Shown here one piece after another: positions 26,631 to 35,171 of a stretch of 64,000 nt of DNA. The notes under the pieces were generated by a model. That model saw only the letters and a list, made by a program, of their open reading frames with translations, searched no databases and was not told the origin of the DNA. Origin of the DNA: Candidatus Latescibacterota bacterium (lineage in GTDB: Bacteria > Latescibacterota > UBA2968); assembly GCA_965204375.1 (NCBI GenBank), contig OZ241986.1, positions 3,040,001 through 3,104,000 on the forward strand, written 5' to 3'. The number at the start of each line of letters is the position of its first letter. Position 1 is the stretch's first letter. The position numbers and the translations under genes were made by a program.

Positions 26631-26963
26631 CTAAGTGGAATGACTCATTTGCAGTTTGTTTTCCCGTGTTTCTATCGAAAATTTAAATCCTAATCCATGT
26701 AGAATTTTGCCCATCGTGTTGAGTTGCGGATTTCCATTCTCAGAAAGGGCTTTATAAAGTCCCTCACGGGTCAGGCTAACGCGCTCGGCTAACTTAGACA
26801 TGCCACCTTGTGCCTCTGCGACATCTCTCACCGCCAGTAAAAACGCCTCTATATCCCCATTTTGCTCATAATCCTCAAGAGCAACGGAAAGATATATCTT
26901 CGCGTCCTCTGGATCGCGTAGCTGCTCAATGTGATAGTCTTTGAAGTCTCTATATTTACTCAT
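26631..26963 (-). CDS. Addiction module antidote protein (HI1420-type HTH antitoxin)
   Basis: YL..ALE......FL.A.RDVAEAQGGMSKLA....REGLYKALSENGNP; overlaps the toxin gene. Confidence 0.9.
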   Translation of the reverse strand: MSKYRDFKDYHIEQLRDPEDAKIYLSVALEDYEQNGDIEAFLLAVRDVAEAQGGMSKLAERVSLTREGLYKALSENGNPQLNTMGKILHGLGFKFSIETRENKLQMSHST

Positions 26964-27288
26964 TTTCTGACTCCCTTGAATTATGTTCTTTCCAGTCTGC
27001 TTTTGCCTTTTCTATATCTCGACTTTGCGAACCTTTATCACCGCCTCGCAATAGCAAAATGGTATCATCTGCTATTCGGCCAAAGTAAATCCGGTACCCT
27101 GCACCAAACTGCAACCGAAATTCAAATACACCGTCTCCCACTAAGCGATAATCGCCTAAATTCCCAGTTTCTTGAACTCGTCTCAGGCGACTTCGGATTC
27201 TGGCAACCGTCACTTTATCCCTGATATGAGAAAGCCACTCCGTAAAAGGTTCTGTTCCATTTGGGTTATGATATATTTTTACGTCCAT
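26956..27288 (-). CDS. RelE/ParE-family addiction module killer protein (HI1419-type)
   Basis: PFTEWL..IRD....RI..RL, GNLGD..VGDGVFE.R..FG.GYRIYF and GGDK.SQ.RDI. Confidence 0.9.
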   Translation of the reverse strand: MDVKIYHNPNGTEPFTEWLSHIRDKVTVARIRSRLRRVQETGNLGDYRLVGDGVFEFRLQFGAGYRIYFGRIADDTILLLRGGDKGSQSRDIEKAKADWKEHNSRESENE

Positions 27289-27294
27289 AATATA

Positions 27295-27323
27295 ATTGTA
27301 AACTATAGTTCACAAATTGTCAA
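27295..27323 (-). promoter_or_regulatory. Sigma70 promoter with overlapping TA operator
   Basis: TTGACA-17-TACAAT on the minus strand; palindrome TGTAAACTATAGTTCACA (27297-27314) covers the spacer. Confidence 0.8.
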
Positions 27324-27380
27324 AGAAAAGTCTCTCGATACAGTTTTCATAAGTCAGGTAACGCACTTCTACCAAAAACC

Positions 27381-27413
27381 AAAAGCCCGATGGATCAGTG
27401 TACCATCGGGCTT
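27381..27413. repeat. Hairpin/terminator repeat, copy 1
   Basis: AAAAGCCCGATGG...CCATCGGGCTT; 26/33 identical to 30531-30563. Confidence 0.6.
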
Positions 27414-27455
27414 AGTCATAGAGTTTGAGGGATGTGCATAATTCATATAATCGCG

Positions 27456-27728
27456 TCACGCATCCAACGCTTGCTCAAATGCCTCAAGGCTGGACACCTG
27501 AATCGCCGTACGATGCAACTGCTTCAGACGGTGCAAATCTTCAATAGCGGCAATGCGTGTGGATAGAGGGTGCGCTTCGCGCAAGTCAAATCGAATCTCC
27601 AACACTTCGAGGATATCTTCGAGCGTGCTTTTTCTTTCGCCCTGCTCAATACCTTGCTCAATACCTTGCTCAATACCCAGTTGCTTAATGTATTGTGCAA
27701 ATGATGATTCGCGCATAATAGCATCCAT
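27456..27728 (-). CDS. Putative intragenic in-frame small protein (RpnS-like antitoxin), 90 aa
   Basis: Internal CAGGAGGGTCTT-ATG, a strong SD in frame at codon 212 just before the GIEQ repeats. Confidence 0.6.
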   Translation of the reverse strand: MDAIMRESSFAQYIKQLGIEQGIEQGIEQGERKSTLEDILEVLEIRFDLREAHPLSTRIAAIEDLHRLKQLHRTAIQVSSLEAFEQALDA

Positions 27729-28361
27729 AAGACCCTCCTGTAATAGAATACGATTGATCAGTATCGGATCATACTCTAACCCACTCAATATCATCAACCT
27801 ACCCAAAAAGTCAACCTTTATTGATTCATCCACCCGCAGAGCATTCGTCGCGTCAACACAGTGACGCAACCAGGCCTCTGAATCTATCCCAGCAGGATGT
27901 TTCATCAAGGGGACGAATGGAAACAAGCCCGAAGGTCCGCCATCTATAATCTCCTGTCCTTCTATCTCACTCAGCCGAACCACTGTGTATTCTATCACAA
28001 CGTGACGGCCGGATATTTCCTGAATAAAGTGCCCCGGATCGCGCCGACCTGCATTGCGCCGCAAATAGATCACACTGGAATAAATCGGCAGGTCATGCTG
28101 CTCTATCGCACGTATAATGTAGCCTGCCATGCGGAGCGGCATAGATGGATCGTCAGTGGTTTGAAACTCGTGATGTATCAATGCCTCCTTGCCCGCGATA
28201 TGGACGCGGATGAGGCTATCGGTATATCGTGTTTCAACCGTGGTTTGCTCTGTGTCGAGTATGTCGAGGACTTCTACATCGTCCTGTCCAAATGTGAGTC
28301 GGATAAAGTCTTTTGGATAGGTCTGGATGAGATGTTTGGAGATGGTGTCATATTCGGCCAT
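27456..28361 (-). CDS. Rpn-family recombination-promoting nuclease / putative transposase (PD-(D/E)XK)
   Basis: YD...K.L, R.TD.L, H.EFQT...MP.RM..Y; C-terminal GIEQ repeats and helical tail. Confidence 0.85.
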   Translation of the reverse strand: MAEYDTISKHLIQTYPKDFIRLTFGQDDVEVLDILDTEQTTVETRYTDSLIRVHIAGKEALIHHEFQTTDDPSMPLRMAGYIIRAIEQHDLPIYSSVIYLRRNAGRRDPGHFIQEISGRHVVIEYTVVRLSEIEGQEIIDGGPSGLFPFVPLMKHPAGIDSEAWLRHCVDATNALRVDESIKVDFLGRLMILSGLEYDPILINRILLQEGLMDAIMRESSFAQYIKQLGIEQGIEQGIEQGERKSTLEDILEVLEIRFDLREAHPLSTRIAAIEDLHRLKQLHRTAIQVSSLEAFEQALDA

Positions 28362-28677
28362 GTGGAATGCCCTGAGTCTGATGGGTGAATTTTATCAGAC
28401 ACAAAGCAAATATCGCGCCAACATCTCAGAATGGCGCGATAAATTATATGGACAGAAGCTCAAGTGCCCCTCATCATGCTTTTAATATGCTATATTGCGC
28501 CCTTAACTTGAATGTACGGATCGCCTTTGGAGGCACATGCAAACGGAACGCACCTGAATATAAAAGTGTACGTTTTGATCCATGAATGATGGGCTATCGT
28601 GAAAGATTTTTACATTAAAAAAATAGCGGTCTGCCGAGAATCGGCCTCCCGCGCTGTGCTCAATGGATTTTTTTATC

Positions 28678-29549
28678 TCATCCATACGTCCACTCACGTT
28701 GAAACCCCTGCTGTTCTGCAATTGACATGAGAGGTTTCAATGTTCTGTGATAGGCACATTTCAATTTTTCAAAATCCAGAGTGTCCTCGGGCTTATCAAT
28801 ATGCAAGTCGGTAATATAAGGCTCCACATCCTTTTCCCATTTGTTATTGCTAAAACTGTCTCGGGCGATAGATAGCGCAGCGCAGTAAGTCTCAGCTAAG
28901 CGGTCAATATATGTTTCCGATGGGAAATGATCACTTTTAGATCTATTTGCATGGGGATCAACGGGAATTAGATTCCACAACTGATTGTGCGCTACAAATT
29001 TCCAGGGCAAAAAATGATCCAAATCATAACTGTGATCCAGATTGTTTTCCGTGTAAATACACCGGATATCCGTTTCGTCAATAACAGTATCCCAGAATCT
29101 TCGCTGTGCATTGAGAGACTCCCTCCGATCTGGAGGAAACAATTTCCGCGTCACAGCAGGAATACCCGGATTGCGTCGCTGCATATAATCTGCCCAGTAC
29201 CACAGTGTCCAACCCTCAAGAATTGTTAGATGTTGCTCTAAATAAGCGATCCAGTCTGGATGCAAAAAGATACATTGTCAATAGGTGGGATCAATTCCAA
29301 AGCTGAAGAAATTTTGTCCTGAGTACCAAATGAAAGTCTGAAAAAGACCTGTGGATACCAGGCAGTAACCAGCATCTCAATCTCTATATCTTTCAAAAGG
29401 ATACCGTTATCAATCTCTAAATTTCTATCCTTTAGCAAAGTCAGTAGCGAAAAGAAAAAGAGATACTTGTATGAATTGGTCGTATGCCTGAATAATCCGC
29501 TCAGTGTCGCAATATCAAGTTGATCTGAATGTGGTAATTGCTGAGTCAT
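28678..29549 (-). pseudogene. HNH endonuclease-domain gene split by a frameshift and probable internal deletion
   Basis: N-terminal piece (TTNSYKYLFFFSLL) and C-terminal piece (IFLHPDW...CIYT...DLDHFLPW...LWNL.P....NRSKSD) lie in different frames joined near 29270. Confidence 0.7.
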
Positions 29550-29572
29550 AGGAGATCATTCCATTACAGATG

Positions 29573-29812
29573 TCAGACTTTACCACCCGTGCCAGAAGGC
29601 ACTGCACTATTTTCTTTCGTGACGCGAATCAAAAATCGCAGTGCCTCATTCACAGACTCTGCATCTGGAAACACCTCGGCAACATCAGGCGCTAACTGGA
29701 CAACGGATCTACCAAAGTGCTTGCGCTCAGGCCCAACTTTTCTCACCTGCAAGGCTCGCAAATCATACTCTGGCCGAAGTTCATCCTGTGTTGTTTTCTC
29801 ATCCTTCCTCAT
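29573..29812 (-). CDS. BrnA-like antitoxin
   Basis: DELRPEYD...V.LAPDVAEVFPDAESVNEALR; overlaps brnT. Confidence 0.8.
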   Translation of the reverse strand: MRKDEKTTQDELRPEYDLRALQVRKVGPERKHFGRSVVQLAPDVAEVFPDAESVNEALRFLIRVTKENSAVPSGTGGKV

Positions 29813-30077
29813 AAGCTTGTCTCTCCTTGCGGGTTGTTTCTCTTGCATTAATCAAACGAATCACATCTTCGCGCTCAGCGTATGATACAATTAACAAACG
29901 ACCGAGCTTTGATTGTCCGACGATAATATAACGATGCTCATCATAAGAGTGGTCGGGATCGTAGAAATCAACATAAAGTGCATCTTCAAAGACAGTTTTT
30001 GCTTCATCAAATGCCACACCGTGCTTTGACAGATTCGCGGCTGCTTTGTTCTCATCCCACTCAAATCCCATTGACAT
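29799..30077 (-). CDS. brnT: BrnT-family toxin
   Basis: FEWDENKA..NL.KHGV.FDEA..VF.D, DHS.DE.R and IRLI.AR.....ER..YE. Confidence 0.9.
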   Translation of the reverse strand: MSMGFEWDENKAAANLSKHGVAFDEAKTVFEDALYVDFYDPDHSYDEHRYIIVGQSKLGRLLIVSYAEREDVIRLINARETTRKERQAYEEG

Positions 30078-30135
30078 AAGCCTAAAACCCGATATATCAG
30101 AGAGATCGCTCCCTGCGCTTCAGCGATCAAAATTG

Positions 30136-30462
30136 TCATTTTAGTGTGTCGGACATTTCTACAATTCTATCAATGAGTGGGCGATAAGTCGAGTTGTGCA
30201 AATGTTCCTTGTACCATTCCGAAAATGTTCCTGCTTCTAAGTGTTCTTGAATCATTCGATTTTCTTCCAGTAATGTCCATAGATTATGGGTAGCTCGGTT
30301 ACAACAGCCATAGATGCGGTTTGCTTTAAGACCATTTATCCCATATTGTTGACAGGCGGGACATTGACATTCTATCAATCTTTTCCATTCTTGTTGACTT
30401 GGCTTGCGTATTTTCCAATTACCAAGTTCAGCTACTGCACGATCTCCAATGCCCGTTAGGCA
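30136..30462 (-). pseudogene. 3' remnant of a tRNA-guanine transglycosylase (TGT/DpdA-like) gene
   Basis: Frame is open to 30462 with no proper start or RBS; C-x-C-x2-C (CQCPAC) and a downstream His (RATHNL) match the TGT Zn site. Confidence 0.55.
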
Positions 30463-30530
30463 CTAATCAATATACTCAAGGGGTTGAGATTCCACAAGTT
30501 GACAGGTATATCAATAAACGGCTAAAAAAT

Positions 30531-30563
30531 AAAAGCCCGATGAATAACTGATCCACCGAGCTT
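30531..30563. repeat. Hairpin/terminator repeat, copy 2
   Basis: AAAAGCCCGATGAATAACTGATCCACCGAGCTT, related to 27381-27413 and just downstream of the ABC permease. Confidence 0.6.
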
Positions 30564-30585
30564 TTTTTAATTTCACTATCCCAAT

Positions 30586-33042
30586 CTACTCATGCCGCAA
30601 CGCTTCCACAGGATTGGACAGCGCCGCGCGAAGGGCGTGAAAACTCACGGTAAACAACGCAATTGCCAATGCGACTGCGCCACTCAAAACAAATATCCAC
30701 CACGAAAGATCCGTGCGATAGACAAACCCATCCAGCCAACTACGCATCGCAAAATACGCAACCGGCCAGGCAAACAGATTCGCAACCAAAACCATAATTG
30801 CAAATGTCCTACAAATCAGCATCACAATATTCGAAACACTCGCACCCAAAACCTTTCGCACCCCAATCTCTTTCACACGCTGCTCAACGGCAAATGCAGC
30901 AAGGCCAAAAAGGCCCATACACGCGAGCAAAATCGCCATCCCCGAAGAGAGCAATGTCAGCGCCTGCGCCCGTTGTTCTGCAGAATACATATATTCAAAT
31001 TGCTGGTCCCACATCATATAATCAAACGGCTGATCTGCAGGAGCGAAACGCTTCCAGGTCTCTTCAAAAAAAGCGAGCGTCTCTTCCAGACCCTCGGTTT
31101 TGACGCGCGCGCCCAGATTGTAAAACTGCTGGTGTCGAATCGTCAGCGCAATAGGACCAATTTCCTCTCGTAGCGGACTGAAGTGAAAATCTTTCACCAC
31201 GCCAATCACCGTCCCCTTTCGATTCCTCTCCCGATCAACCCACTCAAAAGACTTGCCAATAGGATCATCCCAACCGAGCCGCTCAACTGCTGTTTCATTG
31301 ATGATAAAAGCCTTCGACGTGTCCGTGGAAAACGCAATCGGATCAAATTTGCGTCCTTCTACCAGTTCAATTTGAAACACATCGAGATAATCTTCATCAA
31401 CCTCCAGAAGCGGCATGCGCCAGTCCGTGCCCTCGTGACCCTCTGCCCGAATGGTTCGGATAATACCCCCACTCCAACCAACCCGCCAGCGATAAGCCGT
31501 TGCCTCAAGCGCATTTGGATGGGCAAGGAATGCCTCTTTCACCGTAGCATAACGGGCAGCGAGCTTTTGACCCGGATCTAATTTCGTTTCCTGGTCGAGA
31601 ACAAATATGGGCATGAGTACCATCTGCTCCATATTAAGACCCAGGTGCTTATTTTTAATATAATCGAGTTGCTGATAGATCACCCCCGTACTCGCAAGCA
31701 GGGTAATAGAAATTGCAAACTGCACGACCACCAACCCCTTTCGGATCCACTGCCCCCGAGAACCCGAGCGAAACGTCCCCTTTAGCGTCTCTGTGGGTTC
31801 ATACGCCGAAAGAAAAAATGCGGGATAAATACCGGCAAATAGCCCGACGATTATGGCAATACCAATCAAAACAAATGCGAGTACAGGATCGCTCGACAAA
31901 TTCAACTTGATCTGCTTGTAGAAAAACGCGTTAAACTCGGGAAGCACGAGTTCGACAGCACTAAGCGCGAGCACAAGCGCAATCAATGCCGTGAGAACAG
32001 ACTCGCCCAAAAACTGACTCATCAGTTGTGAGCGATATGCACCAGACACCTTTCGCAAACCAACCTCGTGCGCTCTGCGAGCCGATTGCGCCGTCGTCAA
32101 ATTTGTAAAATTAATACATCCAATCGCAAGCACCAGAACAGCAATAGCACCAAACTGATAAACGCGATCTATATCGCCGTACCAATCCAGATTGTAGTCC
32201 TGTCTCGAATAGAGATGAATGCGGTCGATAGGCTGGAGATGATACGCATTTGTACGCGCGATCTCTGCGCCCATATAGCGATCCATAAATTCGGGGAGCT
32301 TCGCGGACAGCACCTTTGGGTCAGCCCCTTCTCTCAACAGAAGATACGTATTGACTGGACGCCAACCATCGGTTGGTATCCAATCTTCCCAGAGATATTT
32401 CGCGCCTTCGGACGAGAAGCCACCTATTCCGATATAATCGATATAATCGGTTTCACCGTAGCGGCTGAGTGTAGAGTTGCGGGGCACATCTTTTAATACC
32501 GCTGTGATGATGCGCACGCCCCCGTGGTGCTTGCTTTCAGAGGTAATGGTCTTGCCAATCGGATCTTCGTCTCCAAATAACCGCTTTGCCCCTGATTCTG
32601 TTATAGCAATAGCATCGGGATTGGGAAATGCGGTTTCGAGATTGCCGCGCACAAATGGAAAATCGAAAATTTCAAACAACTCGGGATCGACAATACAGAT
32701 ACTCAGTGGAAACTTTTTGTCCCCCAGGCTTACGTCTATAAAATCGACCCATACGCGCACGGCTTTCTCCACATCGGGAAAATCTCGCTCAAGTGCCTCT
32801 GCCAGTGCGCCCGACGTATCGGGCAAATAATTCGACTGTCCCCCAGCCTTAGTCTCCCGCATCACGCGATAAATTCGATCTCCTTTTGCGTGCCAACTGT
32901 CAAAACTCAACTCGTCCTGAATATAGAGCACGATCAAAATGCATGTACTCAGACCAATGGCAAGCCCCAAAATATTGATCGCACTAAAAGTCTTTTGTCG
33001 CTTGAGATTTCTCAGCGCGATAATCAGGTAATTTCTAAACAC
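30586..33042 (-). CDS. MacB/FtsX-type ABC transporter permease (duplicated MacB-PCD and FtsX domains)
   Basis: MFRNYL..ALRNL...K.FS.INILGLAIG, CINFTNL.TA....RA.EVG.RKV.GA, KEIGVRKVLGAS and NPVEALR.E. Confidence 0.92.
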   Translation of the reverse strand: MFRNYLIIALRNLKRQKTFSAINILGLAIGLSTCILIVLYIQDELSFDSWHAKGDRIYRVMRETKAGGQSNYLPDTSGALAEALERDFPDVEKAVRVWVDFIDVSLGDKKFPLSICIVDPELFEIFDFPFVRGNLETAFPNPDAIAITESGAKRLFGDEDPIGKTITSESKHHGGVRIITAVLKDVPRNSTLSRYGETDYIDYIGIGGFSSEGAKYLWEDWIPTDGWRPVNTYLLLREGADPKVLSAKLPEFMDRYMGAEIARTNAYHLQPIDRIHLYSRQDYNLDWYGDIDRVYQFGAIAVLVLAIGCINFTNLTTAQSARRAHEVGLRKVSGAYRSQLMSQFLGESVLTALIALVLALSAVELVLPEFNAFFYKQIKLNLSSDPVLAFVLIGIAIIVGLFAGIYPAFFLSAYEPTETLKGTFRSGSRGQWIRKGLVVVQFAISITLLASTGVIYQQLDYIKNKHLGLNMEQMVLMPIFVLDQETKLDPGQKLAARYATVKEAFLAHPNALEATAYRWRVGWSGGIIRTIRAEGHEGTDWRMPLLEVDEDYLDVFQIELVEGRKFDPIAFSTDTSKAFIINETAVERLGWDDPIGKSFEWVDRERNRKGTVIGVVKDFHFSPLREEIGPIALTIRHQQFYNLGARVKTEGLEETLAFFEETWKRFAPADQPFDYMMWDQQFEYMYSAEQRAQALTLLSSGMAILLACMGLFGLAAFAVEQRVKEIGVRKVLGASVSNIVMLICRTFAIMVLVANLFAWPVAYFAMRSWLDGFVYRTDLSWWIFVLSGAVALAIALFTVSFHALRAALSNPVEALRHE

Positions 33043-33142
33043 GATAACTCTCTCCCGTTACAAGTAGAACGAACTAAAAACTATTAACCCATTAGACACT
33101 CCTGGTAAATAATGGGATGGAAAGTTTTCCGCCCCAAAAGAC

Positions 33143-33158
33143 AGCAATTTCTGTGCCA
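33143..33158 (-). promoter_or_regulatory. Sigma54 -24/-12 promoter for the ABC permease
   Basis: Minus-strand TGGCAC-AGAAA-TTGCT, 100 nt upstream of the GTG start. Confidence 0.85.
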
Positions 33159-33223
33159 AAATTCTCTTCTCTATGTTTTACAATTACTTATGAAAATTTG
33201 TGTCACAGACGTAGTTTAATAAG

Positions 33224-33260
33224 TGTCCGATTTTGATACAGTGGTGTCCGAAAATGAACA
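33224..33260. promoter_or_regulatory. Tandem candidate enhancer sites TGTCCGA...ACA
   Basis: TGTCCGATTTTGATACA and TGTCCGAAAATGAACA start 21 bp apart, upstream of the minus-strand sigma54 promoter. Confidence 0.6.
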
Positions 33261-33263
33261 CCT

Positions 33264-33304
33264 AAAATAAAAACAGGCACATTGTTTTGATTTCAATGTG
33301 CCTG
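33264..33304 (-). terminator. Intrinsic terminator
   Basis: CAGGCACATTG / CAATGTGCCTG stem with a T-rich tract on the minus strand. Confidence 0.65.
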
Positions 33305-33334
33305 CTGTATTATCCGTTTCAAACTACACAATAT

Positions 33335-35119
33335 TCAAATAACCAACCGCTTCATCTCGTGCTTCTTGGCGAAATACACATTATTTCCCATCACAGGACC
33401 GGGGATTTGGAAAGCGTCTTCTTCCTCGTACAGAGGCGTAATAGCGCGACGGGATGGATCGAACGCATAAAAAGACGCCGTAGTAAAACCGTATAGCTTC
33501 CCATCTGGACCATTCTGAAGCCCCAGATCCAGAGGGCGACCATCTAAAGGAATCGCATAGAGAAAAGCCCGCGAAACCGGATCAAACGCAAACAGAACAG
33601 AACCCCCATCACCCAGAGCCGTACCGTACAGCACACCATCCTCACCGACAACAAGCGCATTAATCGCCGAAATCCGCCTATCCAGCGTACCCTCCCACAC
33701 CTTCTCCTCCTGCTCATAATCCCACAAAAACAACACCGCCTGTGGAACCCGCGGACGGGTACCGGACCCCCCGTTAATCGTCGTCCCCACAGCGAGCAAA
33801 TCCTGGCGAGACAGCCATGCCAGCGACCAGCAACTCGCCTCACCGGCAATATCCCGGTAAGACCCAAACTGCTCCGTACCCGGATCGAACCACGACAACG
33901 GACCACCCCACAAGCCGTAATCTGGAACAGACGCAATCCACACCCGCCCCATCGGACCCGTCACCATTGCACGAGGACGATAAGACACCTCATCTACACG
34001 CCCCAAATCACGCGGATTGCTATCAGCCGCCACCCCAAACTGATATGGACGCGAAGGATCATACACCGACAGCCTGGCACCGGGATAAGAACAAATATAG
34101 AGCTTTCCATCCAAATTCCCCATCGAATACGCCTCCCCAGTCGCCGTAGAACAAACGCCCAGATCCGTCATCTCGCCCGAAGAAGGTACATACCGGAACA
34201 AATGCAACGGCAGAATACTCGACCCGTAAATATTGTCATCCGGACCGCGATGCACCAAAAACAACTCACTCCCCGCCGACTTGTATGCAATAGGCAATTG
34301 CCTCGTCACACCCGTATCAGGCTGTGTAATGCCAACCACGCGGTACATCTGCGTATCCCGATCGGCAAAATCAACAAACGCCCCATCGGACATCGTCGGC
34401 AGCGGTTCCGGCTCGGGAAGCGTATCCACCCGAACCGCCTCAAAATCCGCCAGACGAAAATTGCCCTCAGACGACGCAATATAAAGCGACCCATCGGACG
34501 CCCGCATCAACGCCGACGCCCCACCATCCTCCTTTGACACAACCGGACCCACCGGCTTATGAACACCCGTCCTCGGATCGAGCACCACCACATGGGGCCG
34601 CGTCATCTTAATATCGCACGCAATCGTCCCATCCGGCGCACACATCGGATAACAATACATATCCGTCTCATCCATCCGCCCGTACCGCACAAACACACCC
34701 GTCCTCGGATCGTAACTCGTCAACCCTGCCGAACCATAACACCCGATCCACAGCACCCCCTGGGCATCCTCATCAATACGGCAGGGAAACGTATCGTCCG
34801 GCAAATTAATCGCCCCCAAATGATCCAAACGCCCCGCCTTTGGATCATAGCAAAACAAACACCCCGCGTACGCCGCCCCAATATAAATCACACCACTCCG
34901 ACTCAGCAGCGTCGCCGTCGGATAATGCGCCGAAGGCAGCGTCGCCGTCACCTGATCCGTCTCACCCGTAACCGGATCGATCTTCACAACCATAAAACCA
35001 TCTGCCTGCTGACCCATCACAGCCACCAGACAATCGCGACCCTCTGCGTCCAGTGCCGGAAAAATACGCACCCAATTCACACTGCGGACCGGCACGCCAA
35101 GAGTATGAACAGAAGACAT
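33335..35119 (-). CDS. Hypothetical beta-propeller protein
   Basis: Repeated 'G.lY.G....LF.YDP.tG....LG' blades. Start set at MSSVHTLG because the longer ORF overlaps the PBP gene. Confidence 0.65.
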   Translation of the reverse strand: MSSVHTLGVPVRSVNWVRIFPALDAEGRDCLVAVMGQQADGFMVVKIDPVTGETDQVTATLPSAHYPTATLLSRSGVIYIGAAYAGCLFCYDPKAGRLDHLGAINLPDDTFPCRIDEDAQGVLWIGCYGSAGLTSYDPRTGVFVRYGRMDETDMYCYPMCAPDGTIACDIKMTRPHVVVLDPRTGVHKPVGPVVSKEDGGASALMRASDGSLYIASSEGNFRLADFEAVRVDTLPEPEPLPTMSDGAFVDFADRDTQMYRVVGITQPDTGVTRQLPIAYKSAGSELFLVHRGPDDNIYGSSILPLHLFRYVPSSGEMTDLGVCSTATGEAYSMGNLDGKLYICSYPGARLSVYDPSRPYQFGVAADSNPRDLGRVDEVSYRPRAMVTGPMGRVWIASVPDYGLWGGPLSWFDPGTEQFGSYRDIAGEASCWSLAWLSRQDLLAVGTTINGGSGTRPRVPQAVLFLWDYEQEEKVWEGTLDRRISAINALVVGEDGVLYGTALGDGGSVLFAFDPVSRAFLYAIPLDGRPLDLGLQNGPDGKLYGFTTASFYAFDPSRRAITPLYEEEDAFQIPGPVMGNNVYFAKKHEMKRLVI

Positions 35120-35171
35120 ATCTACACCCCAAAAAAATGGGATGACCCGTTCCTGGATCATCCCACAACAA

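Noticed and set aside
24660-26686. Long + strand ORFs 24660-25856 and 25841-26686
   Set aside because: Antisense to well-supported oxidoreductase and amidohydrolase genes; no recognisable motifs.
27456-28361. Rpn gene as an insertion sequence
   Set aside because: No terminal inverted repeats or target duplication visible; the family is better supported as a nuclease/toxin.
28385-28721. Short ORFs and hairpins between rpn and the HNH pseudogene
   Set aside because: No RBS or motif support. The TATCGCGCCA/TGGCGCGATA hairpin (28411-28441) cannot be assigned a role.
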